Positions 29,524-38,460 of a stretch of DNA of 64,000 bases are shown piece after piece. Numbering within the stretch: position 1 is the first letter of the stretch; every line of letters begins with the position of its first letter. The notes beneath the pieces are model-generated. The model did not search any database, was not told where the DNA came from, and saw nothing but the letters and a program-made list of their open reading frames with translations. Source of the stretch: an uncultured Planctomycetota bacterium (lineage in GTDB: Bacteria > Planctomycetota > Planctomycetia > Isosphaerales > Isosphaeraceae); the NCBI GenBank assembly GCA_963823665.1, contig CAWGMQ010000011.1, positions 64,001 to 128,000 of the forward strand, read 5' to 3'. The position numbers and the translations under genes are program-made.

Positions 29524-30156
29524 TCAGAACCGCAAGTGGAAATCCCACCAGCCAGTCAGCAGAAGGATGGCGATCCAGAACCATCCGAGCACACGGCCGG
29601 CGCGGTCGACCCATCCGCGCTCGGGCTTCCATGCTCCACTGGCCAGCAAGTATATCCAGCTCGCCGCGACCGACGCGCCGACGAGCGCCATCGTGCCCAG
29701 GAAGTGATCGAGCTCGAAACGAAGATTCCAGGAAGGTTGCCCCAGGAAGGCTCCACCTCCGCCCGTGCGCCGCACGCTCAAGCTCCATAGCTTCGGCTGA
29801 CCGAAGATGCGCACACACATCGTCGCGAAGCCAAGAAGACGCACCGCCAAAACCACGGCGGCCACGAGCCCAGCCACGAACCCCGGCTGCCGGAGGAGGC
29901 GGCGCCAGCGTGGGTGAGGTGTGCGGAGTCTTAAACCGAGTATTGCCAGGGTCCAAGCCATAACGATCGGGGACGCGAGCACCAGGCAATTCCAGACGCA
30001 ACGAATCCACCCAGAAAACCTGGGCGCAGTTGCGTCAGGCGGAGTCCAGTCGAGCGACGTAACTGCATAGTACGGCCGGAGCACGAACAGTCCGACGGCC
30101 GTGGCGGCGACCAGGACGATTGCGTCGGAAAGGAGGAACCTGCGTCGGGTGGTCAT
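29524..30156 (-). CDS. Hypothetical multi-pass membrane protein, paralog of 28809..29441
   Basis: MTTRRRFLLSDAIVL...RWRRLLRQPG...SGAWKPERGWVDRAGR; GGAG SD. Confidence 0.75.
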   Translation of the reverse strand: MTTRRRFLLSDAIVLVAATAVGLFVLRPYYAVTSLDWTPPDATAPRFSGWIRCVWNCLVLASPIVMAWTLAILGLRLRTPHPRWRRLLRQPGFVAGLVAAVVLAVRLLGFATMCVRIFGQPKLWSLSVRRTGGGGAFLGQPSWNLRFELDHFLGTMALVGASVAASWIYLLASGAWKPERGWVDRAGRVLGWFWIAILLLTGWWDFHLRF

Positions 30157-30412
30157 GCGGAGAATCTCCCGCGCGCGGACGGGCTCCGGGTTTGGTCGAC
30201 GGTAGAATGTCGGAGGGCATGGTCGAAATTGCGCCCGAGGCGCATTCGATCGGACGCCGGGTGGTTCGTCAAGCGCCTGGACATCCGGGCGGCCTTGTCG
30301 TACAAAAGAACATGGTCCGCCTGATGCGATTTCCCCCCTGGAATGACCGAGCCAGATGAATCCAGCGCCCGCTGGAGCCTTGGCCGGGATGCAGAGAACG
30401 AGGACGCGAGCC

Positions 30413-31333
30413 ATGTCGTGGCGATTTCTGGCAGCGACCGGAACACTCATCGTCTTGTTGGGATCCGCCGGGGCTCTGCGAGCTCAGGATCCGCCCGCGT
30501 CGAGCAAGGCAGACGGCAACGCGAAGGCCGCTGAGCCGGCTCAACCGGCATCTGAAGAGACCAAAGCGACAACGGCGAAACCGGCGGGCAAGCAGGCGAA
30601 AGCTTCGACGGCCAGCAAGGCGAAGTCCAGGAAGAGCAACACGCGGAGCAATTCAGACACATCGACGAGCTCGCGGTCATCGGAACCCAAGTACGAGCTG
30701 GCCACGTTCGGGGCAGGCTGTTTCTGGCATGTCGAAGCCGATTTCGAGCGGCTGAACGGGGTGGTCTCGGCCGTCTCGGGCTATGCGGGCGGAAATGTCA
30801 GGAATCCGAATTACGAGATGGTGCACGAAGGGTTCACCGGGCACGCCGAAGTAGTAATGGTGCAGTACGATCCCGATATCATCAGCTACGAAGACCTGCT
30901 CAAGGTATTCTGGCAGTGCCACGACCCGACCACGCCAAACCGGCAGGGGCCTGACGTGGGGACCCAGTATCGTTCGATCATCCTCTACCACAATCAGGAA
31001 CAAAAGAAGGCCGCGCTCAAGTCGTATGACCAGCTTGTCGAGGCGCGGGCGTTTCGCAATGCGATCGTCACCCAACTTGTGCCGCTCAAGACGTTTTATC
31101 GCGCTGAGGATGAGCATCAGGATTATTACGGCGGCAAGCCGCGAACGTCGTCGCGACGGCGCACGGCAAGCTCTGCGAAATCCAAGAAGCCAATGTCGAA
31201 GGTGGCCAAGGCGCTGGCGAAGAAGCCGGCGGATGATGCGGCGGTTGAAGCGCAGACCGGTGATTCGAAAGACGGCGAAGCCAAGCAAGCCGGCGATGCA
31301 GGGACGGCCAAGGGAGCGGAAGGGAAGCCGTAG
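30413..31333 (+). CDS. msrA: Peptide-methionine (S)-S-oxide reductase with signal peptide and low-complexity tails
   Basis: ATFGAGCFW, SGYAGG, GHAEVV, HDPT, RQGPDVGTQYRS, FYRAEDEHQDY. Start could also be 30356 or 30389. Confidence 0.92.
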   Translation: MSWRFLAATGTLIVLLGSAGALRAQDPPASSKADGNAKAAEPAQPASEETKATTAKPAGKQAKASTASKAKSRKSNTRSNSDTSTSSRSSEPKYELATFGAGCFWHVEADFERLNGVVSAVSGYAGGNVRNPNYEMVHEGFTGHAEVVMVQYDPDIISYEDLLKVFWQCHDPTTPNRQGPDVGTQYRSIILYHNQEQKKAALKSYDQLVEARAFRNAIVTQLVPLKTFYRAEDEHQDYYGGKPRTSSRRRTASSAKSKKPMSKVAKALAKKPADDAAVEAQTGDSKDGEAKQAGDAGTAKGAEGKP

Positions 31334-31446
31334 CGCCGTTCTGACGCAAGGGCTCGGTGGCGTTGATTTCGGCGGCGTTCCAGATTGAGAAAGCGATCGG
31401 CAGAGTGGTCGCGCCGCGAGCGCACGGGGCTGCTCGCTCACATTCT

Positions 31447-33235
31447 CTACGCCGACGGAGTTGCGATCGCCGCCGGCGCGAGGATCTCGCGTTCTCTCTT
31501 CGCCTTCTTGGCGGCTTTCTCGTCGGGAAGGAATACGGGCTTGTGGGTGGTGCCGTGGACCATGGCGTCGACCGTGGTCGCGAGTGTGCCGCCGGCCATC
31601 CGCCCGGCGATGCGGTCAAAGCGGAAACTGGTGTCGGCGACCAGCACGATTGTCAGCAGCAGCGTGGTCAGGTTCGTCGTCAGGTCCCAACCCATCTGGA
31701 AACTCATGGGGAACCATGGGCGCGCATTCGCCGGAATCAGACTGTATGACATCAAGAGCGCGAAAATGCTCATGCAGGCCAAGAAGACGAAGCCGATGAT
31801 CGCAATCGCGACAAAACCGATCACGAGCCAGGCGCCCAGACGGACGCCGATCGTCCAGCTCATGGCGCGTGTGGCCGTTGGCATCGACAGCGAAAAACGC
31901 ACTCCGACGGCGGCCATGAAGCACCCCATCACGAAGGTTCCAATCAGCCAGATTACATATGCGTGGATGCTCACTGCTTGCACGACGACCGCCAGCGTCC
32001 AGGCCAGCAACATGGCGGCTGCAAGATAGCGCAGCGCGTGAAGGCTGCCCAGGAGCTTGGCCACCGAGATCTCTGCGGGTTTGAGCGGGCTCATCAAGAG
32101 CGCGTCCCACGTGCCGCGCTCGCGCTCGGAGGCGATCGAGACCGCCGCTCGCAGGCCGATGCCTAACTGCAAGAGCCAGCAGAAGAGCGTTCCCGTGAAA
32201 CCGCCGAGGACCATCGACAGCGTGTCCGACGCCAGCGAGACCAGGTCGGAATCGGGCGCGAAGTAGCCTCCGTATACGATCATCCCGGCGAGGACCAAGC
32301 TGCCGCCGCCGATCACAAAGGTCAGGATTGCGCCCACCCAGCGGCCGAACCGGCCGAGGCTGGCGACCCGTTCGATAAAGAGTTCTTTCCAGAGCATCGG
32401 CCGCTCGCCTAGCGGCGGCGCTTTCCTGCGATGAGCGGCTTTTGCGCACGACCCCGACCGACAGGCAACTCGGACGAAGCCGCCAGACCGCGAGCGCAGT
32501 GCCAAGTAGCCCCATGCCCGCCCAGCAGCCCGCGGTCTGGAGTGCTCGAATGGTGTCCCCTGCCCGGAGCAGACGGACCATGCTCGAATAGGGATTGAAC
32601 CATTCGAGCACCTCGACGGCCCCTCGCGGCAGGCCGAGCCAGCCCAGGAGCGGGCTCACCATGAGCAAAACCATCAATATATATACTGTCATTTGTGCAT
32701 CGCGGCCGCGGCGCGAGACCACGGATGCCCCCACTGCCAGGCCTCCAGCGCCCAATGCTACCCCGGCCAGGAGCACGATGAGCGCGGAGAGATGTCCGAG
32801 GCCCAGGCCCGCCAGGGGCGCGAGGAACGCCACGACCGGCACGCCGGCCAGGACGACCATGCCGACTTGCGAAAGCTTGCCGAGCAAGCGGCCCTCGACG
32901 ATCTCACGCGGGCTCGAGGCGGTGGTCAAGAGGAGCTGGAGGATGCCGCGCTCGCGTTCACCGGCCAGCGAGCCGGCAAGGAGCGCAGGAGCTTGCACGG
33001 CGGTGATCGTCAAGAGAGCGAGGACCGCACCGTACAGAGAGAAACCGAGCTCGAACCCGGGGGTAAAAGTGGCGTCGTATTTCGCGGATAGCCACCAGGC
33101 CCAGGTTACAAGGAAGAGCGCCAGCGCCAGCAGGGTGCCGACCAAAGCCCGAAACAATAACAGCCACCCACGCGCCAGCCCCCGGCGGCACTCGATGCCG
33201 GCCAGATTGCCGAACACGACTCTTGCGAGGTTCAA
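31447..33235 (-). CDS. ABC-2 type transporter permease (two permease repeats); frameshift near 32440
   Basis: SLAGERERGILQLLLTT..EIVEGRLLG and SIASERERGTWDALLMSPL..EISVAKLLG, PMLWKE linker. TTG start overlaps the upstream TGA. Confidence 0.82.
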
Positions 33236-34053
33236 ACTGTTGTTTCGCACTGCGGACTGGGCTCCGATAGCTCGAGTTGGGGTTTCTGCTTCAGGCATGC
33301 GGCACGCGCAGCGGGCCGGGTCAAATTCCACCACATCATCGCCGGATAGACACACGCCACGATTGCCGAGAAGATCATGAAGACCACGCCGAACATGAAC
33401 ATCCAGCGCATGATCAATACCAGGGAGAACGGAACAGCGCCTCCGCCGGCGGCCTTCATCTGGGCTTCCAGGGCGGTCAACGCCGGCTGGGTCTTTGCCA
33501 TCATCATGGGCACGATCACGACCATGGCCCCGACGACCATCGCGAACCAGCGCAGGATCTTGAGCTGGGCGACCCGGATTGCGAGCCGCCGGGCCCATTC
33601 CCTGAGCCCCATGAGCCCGGCGCCGGCGACGATCATGAGCACGTTCAGGATGACGGCCGTCGATACGTCGAGGATGTAGAAAACCGCGAGCCGGGGCTCG
33701 GTATAGGCGTTCATGTCCTGCAATTCTTCTAATGGGGTAAGGTCCGGCACGACCCTGGATTCAAGGGCAGCGCGTTCGTCCGCCAGCGTTTTCTTCTCTG
33801 CCTCGGTCTGGGCGGCCGCTTCCCGGGCCTTGAGCTCGGCAATCTTGGCGGCGCGGCCGGCCTTCTGCTGCGCCTCAATCTGCCTCATCGGCGCCGAGAA
33901 GAACTGGTTGACCGCCGGCGCGTAGGCATACATGAGCCCGTATCCGGCTGCCGTCAGCAGTAGGAGGATCCCGAACGTGATGTTCATCAACCCGAATGAG
34001 CGGGGCATCTGAGGGTTGGGTACGACCCACCTTCCCGCTTGCTCTTTCACCAT
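33232..34053 (-). CDS. Hypothetical membrane protein (4 TM plus coiled coil)
   Basis: Hydrophobic segments, GAGGAG SD, coupled to the permease gene. Confidence 0.75.
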   Translation of the reverse strand: MVKEQAGRWVVPNPQMPRSFGLMNITFGILLLLTAAGYGLMYAYAPAVNQFFSAPMRQIEAQQKAGRAAKIAELKAREAAAQTEAEKKTLADERAALESRVVPDLTPLEELQDMNAYTEPRLAVFYILDVSTAVILNVLMIVAGAGLMGLREWARRLAIRVAQLKILRWFAMVVGAMVVIVPMMMAKTQPALTALEAQMKAAGGGAVPFSLVLIMRWMFMFGVVFMIFSAIVACVYPAMMWWNLTRPAARAACLKQKPQLELSEPSPQCETTV

Positions 34054-34353
34054 GGACCACGGCTCCTCTAGTCCGGCAGGCCATGCCGCCGTTTTGGCAT
34101 TGATACGGCAGCACTGTCTGGAACGGCCAGTTTCGGATTCTTCTCCAGACGATCATCGAGCCAAGGAATCTTCGCCCCCGGCCAACGGTTATTGGCTCGC
34201 TCGCGGCGATGGAAGTCTTCGCCCTGCCCGCCGGCCGCGCGGACGACGGCTGCGAACATACATTATCCAATGCGCGACCCGGAGTTGCAATTTCTCCGAC
34301 TTGAACGCGTGGAGTCACGCAGCGATAATGGATGTTTGAACACACATGTCGAG

Positions 34354-37300
34354 ATGGTGCTCGATCATTCGCTTTTCAATACAGGCGCAATCCGATTGAA
34401 TGACGCTGACCGCCAAATCCTCTTCGGGCTGGTGGCGATCCGCCTGAAGCTGGTCACGCTTGCGCAGGTTTCGCGCGCGCTGGCGGACTGGACGGCCAGT
34501 GGCGAGCTTTCGCTTGCGCGCTTGCTGATCGAGCGACGCCAGCTCGATGAGGCCAGCGGCGCGCTCGTCGAATCGGCCGTCGAGCATCATGTGACGATGG
34601 CCGGTGGTGATGCGGCGTCGAGCCTGGAGTCGTTTTCGGGCAGCGACGACCTCGAGGCGCTGCGGCACGTACTCGAGCGCACGATCAAGCCGGGCCCAGC
34701 CCTGGAGAAAACGGTTGCGCGAGGCGGAGTGGCGCCGGTCTCTGCCCAGCCGGCGGGAAACGGACGGTCCAGGCCGCGAGAAGCGACCCACATAGATGTC
34801 GGTGCTCCCGATCAATCTCACGGCACGCTCATTTACGACGGCGTTTCCGGAGCCGGGGTGACGTTCGAGGTTCTCCGGCCGCTGGCGCGGGGCGGCCTGG
34901 GCGAGGTCTTCGTGGCCAAGGACGGCAGGCTCAACCGCGAAGTCGCCTTGAAGCTGATCGAGGAATCGCAGGCCGCCGACCCGCAGAGCCGGGCGCGATT
35001 CTTGCTCGAGGCCGAGATCACCGGGGGGCTCGAGCATCCCGGCATCGTGCCGGTGTATGCGCTGGGAGAAAACAGCGACGGCCGGCTCTTCTACGCCATG
35101 CGGCTGGTTCACGGTGAAACGCTCAAGGAGCGGATACGCCGGTTTCATCACGCGGGCTCGATCGGACGCCAGCCGGTTGCATTTCGGCAGTTGCTCAACC
35201 ATTTCGTGCGTATCTGCGACATCGTGGCCTACGCGCACAGCCGGGGCGTGCTGCATCGAGACTTGAAGCCTTCGAATGTGATGCTGGGGAAATTCGGCGA
35301 AACGCTGGTGGTGGACTGGGGCCTGGCCAAGCCGATCGATCCATCGGGAGAAAGCCAGCCGGACATGCTCGATGAAGTGAAGCTGCGGCCGATCTCCGGC
35401 AGCAGCGTGAAGGGAACAATGCACGGCGCGACCCTGGGGACACCCCAGTACATGAGCCCCGAACAGGCGCTCGGGCAGCTCGATCGGGTTGGCCGCGTGA
35501 GTGACGTTTACAGCCTGGGTGCGACCCTCTATTGCATCCTGACCGGGTTGCCTCCTCTGGGCGAAATCAACGATGTGGGCGCAGTGCTCTCCCGGGTGGC
35601 GCTCGGGGATATTGCCCCGCCACAGAGCCTGAAAGCCGACGTTCCGGCCACACTGGACGCGATCTGCCGCAAGGCGATGGCAGTACGGCCCGACGATCGG
35701 TATGCGTCGGTGCGCGCGCTCGAGGCCGACATCGAAAGCTGGCTCGCGGACGAGCCGGTCCAGGGAGTGATTGAGCCGCTGGGCCGCCGGCTCACAACGT
35801 GGGAGCGTAAGCACCGGACGTTTCTGCGCGTGAGCGCCCTGGCGCTCTTCGCCGTGGCATTCGTCTCGGTGCTGGCGGCGGTTTTTGTCAACGCCGCTCG
35901 CGAGCGGGCTGAAGAGGGGCGGCTCCATGCGGATCGATTGAGCCGGATTGCGGAGGCCCGCAAGCAGGAGGCCGATCGCCAGCGTGACGCCTTGCGGCAA
36001 CTCTCCACGCACCTGACGCTCGACCGGGGCCTTGGCCTGCTCGCGAGCAACGATCGCCGTGCCGGGCTCCTCTGGCTGGCCCGCAGTCTCGAGAGCGCAC
36101 AGGACCAGCACGACCCATTCGAGCCGGCGATTCGCGGTAACCTGGCCGCCTGGAGCCCGCTCGTCCACCGCCTCAGGGATTGCCTGGAGCACGAGGCGCC
36201 GCTCCGCGTCATCGCCTGGAGCCCGACCGGTCGAGCCATCGCCACGGGCGGTGGCGACGGGAGTGTACGGCTCTGGGATCCGACCGCGCGCTCGATGGAG
36301 TCGTCGTCGATCAAGCTCAAGCACGGCGGCCCGGTGCGAGCCGTGGCTTTCACGCGCGACGGCAAGACGCTGGCAACGGGCTCCGACGACCAGACCGCAC
36401 GGTTGTGGAACGCGGCGTCGGGCTTGCCGCGGGGAGAGCCGATGCGGCACCGAGGGCCGGTGGTTTCCGTCGCGTTCAGCTCGGATGAGAGCCGGCTTCT
36501 CACTGGAAGCGGAGACGGTTTGCTCCGGCTCTGGGACGCGGCAACCGGTGAGCCGCGCGGCAAGCCGTTCGAGCACGGCAAGCCGCTTGAGATCGTGACG
36601 ATTTCTCTCGATGGCAAGGCGATCGCGAGCCTGGACGAGACGGGCGGACTGATCCTCTGGGATGCGCTCACGGGCCAGGCGCGAGCGAGGCGTGAGGATC
36701 ACCCGGGCGAAATCGAAGTCGTCGCTTTCAGTCCCGACTCGTCGAAGCTGGCCTGCGGAGGGCGGGAAGGCCAGTTGTTTCTTCTGAGCGCCTCGGACGG
36801 TAGCGAGCTCTCCCGCTCGTCGAAAGGAGTGCCGGGCGAGCGGGTGCAGGCCATTGCGTTTGCCCACGACGGAACCAGAATTGCGACCGGCAACTACGAC
36901 ACGACGTGCTCGATCGCAAGCGTGCCGGAGCTCCGGCCGCTGGGCCCGAAAATGGAGCATCGGGGGCACGTCTGGGCTGTTGCGTTCAGCCCCGACGACT
37001 CGCTGCTGGCTGCCGCTGCGGACGACAATACGGCGCAGTTGTGGAACGTTCAGACGTTCGAGCGCGCCGGCGACGCGCTGCCCCACCAAAAACCGGTGCA
37101 TGCCGTCGAGTTCAGTCCGGACGGCCGTATGCTCGTCTCCGGCTGCGAAGACGGCATCGCCCGGGTCTGGCAACTGGGGCTCGACAGTGGAATCGGCCAG
37201 CCCATGAGGCATGGCGAAGGCGTGCGGAACATCGCGGCGCGGCCCGACGGCAAGGCCATCGCCACGGTGACCGGCGCTGGCGACGTCTGGCTGTGGGACG

Positions 37301-38349
37301 CCACTTCGACGCGCTCGATCGCGCATGCGCGGGGCCATCGTGCCGGCACGCGTTTCGAGCTTTTGTTCAATCCGGCCGGAACGATCCTCGTCACCGCGGG
37401 TGACGATGCGACGATAGGGCGCTGGAACGGAGCGACTCTCGAGCCGACCGGGCCTGTCATCAACATGACCGCGTGGGTTCGATGCGTGGCGATCAGCCCG
37501 GATGGCGGCTCGCTTGCCGCGGGCGACCAGGCGGGCAAGCTGGGATTCTGGGACATGCGCACCGGGCAGGCGCTCGCGCCCCTGGCGGCGCTTCACCAGA
37601 GCGTGACGGCCATGGCTTACAATCCGGATGGCACGCGACTGGCGGTCGGGGACGCCGGAGGCGAGGTACAGATCTGGGACACCACGCGGTTTCGACCGAT
37701 CGGCGAGCCGATGCGTCATCAGGGCGCGATTCGCCACATCGGGTTCAGCCCGGATGGATCGCGGCTGGCCACCGCCAGCTACGACAAGACCGGGCGGTTG
37801 TGGGACGCGGTCACCGGCGCACCGATCGGTTCCGTGCTCGCGCATCGCGCTTATGTCTGGTGCGTGCGATTCAGTCACGACGGCGAACGCGTCGTGACGG
37901 CCAGCTTCGACGGCACGGCCCAGATCTGGAATGGACGCACCGGGGCAGCGATGGGCGAGCCGCTTCATCACGGCGAGCTCGTCTACGACGCCGTCTGGAA
38001 CGACGATTCGTCGCGCGTGCTCACGTTTGGGAGATCGGAGTCGGCCCGGTTGTGGGATGCGGCCAGCTCCCGTGTGGTGGGCGAGCCGCTATCGCACGCG
38101 GGGCGGATTGATGGCGCCCTCTTCCTGCCCGGTAGACCAGTCATCGCCACGTGCTCGCGCGATGGGACCGCCAGGCTATGGTCGGTGCCCGCCATCAGCA
38201 CGACGCCCGCCGAGCAACTGGCCCTGGAAGCGACCGTGATCACCGGAATGGAGCTTCGTGCCGACAATCTGCCGCGGCTGCTCGACGTCTCGACCTGGCG
38301 ATCGCGGCGCACCGCGCTCGAAGAGCTGCGAGCGAGCGAGGGGCGCTGA
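34354..38349 (+). CDS. Ser/Thr protein kinase with C-terminal WD40 repeats
   Basis: DRQILFGLVA N-terminal motif, LARGGLGEVF, VALKLI, HPGIVPVY, HRDLKPSN, DWGLAK, GTPQYMSPEQ, TM helix, about 14-15 WD40 repeats. Start uncertain. Confidence 0.93.
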   Translation: MVLDHSLFNTGAIRLNDADRQILFGLVAIRLKLVTLAQVSRALADWTASGELSLARLLIERRQLDEASGALVESAVEHHVTMAGGDAASSLESFSGSDDLEALRHVLERTIKPGPALEKTVARGGVAPVSAQPAGNGRSRPREATHIDVGAPDQSHGTLIYDGVSGAGVTFEVLRPLARGGLGEVFVAKDGRLNREVALKLIEESQAADPQSRARFLLEAEITGGLEHPGIVPVYALGENSDGRLFYAMRLVHGETLKERIRRFHHAGSIGRQPVAFRQLLNHFVRICDIVAYAHSRGVLHRDLKPSNVMLGKFGETLVVDWGLAKPIDPSGESQPDMLDEVKLRPISGSSVKGTMHGATLGTPQYMSPEQALGQLDRVGRVSDVYSLGATLYCILTGLPPLGEINDVGAVLSRVALGDIAPPQSLKADVPATLDAICRKAMAVRPDDRYASVRALEADIESWLADEPVQGVIEPLGRRLTTWERKHRTFLRVSALALFAVAFVSVLAAVFVNAARERAEEGRLHADRLSRIAEARKQEADRQRDALRQLSTHLTLDRGLGLLASNDRRAGLLWLARSLESAQDQHDPFEPAIRGNLAAWSPLVHRLRDCLEHEAPLRVIAWSPTGRAIATGGGDGSVRLWDPTARSMESSSIKLKHGGPVRAVAFTRDGKTLATGSDDQTARLWNAASGLPRGEPMRHRGPVVSVAFSSDESRLLTGSGDGLLRLWDAATGEPRGKPFEHGKPLEIVTISLDGKAIASLDETGGLILWDALTGQARARREDHPGEIEVVAFSPDSSKLACGGREGQLFLLSASDGSELSRSSKGVPGERVQAIAFAHDGTRIATGNYDTTCSIASVPELRPLGPKMEHRGHVWAVAFSPDDSLLAAAADDNTAQLWNVQTFERAGDALPHQKPVHAVEFSPDGRMLVSGCEDGIARVWQLGLDSGIGQPMRHGEGVRNIAARPDGKAIATVTGAGDVWLWDATSTRSIAHARGHRAGTRFELLFNPAGTILVTAGDDATIGRWNGATLEPTGPVINMTAWVRCVAISPDGGSLAAGDQAGKLGFWDMRTGQALAPLAALHQSVTAMAYNPDGTRLAVGDAGGEVQIWDTTRFRPIGEPMRHQGAIRHIGFSPDGSRLATASYDKTGRLWDAVTGAPIGSVLAHRAYVWCVRFSHDGERVVTASFDGTAQIWNGRTGAAMGEPLHHGELVYDAVWNDDSSRVLTFGRSESARLWDAASSRVVGEPLSHAGRIDGALFLPGRPVIATCSRDGTARLWSVPAISTTPAEQLALEATVITGMELRADNLPRLLDVSTWRSRRTALEELRASEGR

Positions 38350-38460
38350 GTAGTCCCGACCGTGATCGAACGGGAAAATCGTCTCGGATATCCAAAAAAA
38401 GTGTATAAGCGGCTTGTTCCCGCGACACTAAGAGGCATGCGATGGGATGAGGAACAAGGA

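Noticed and set aside
34315..37971. 1218-aa minus-strand ORF
   Set aside because: Mirror frame of the WD40 kinase; no independent domain signal.
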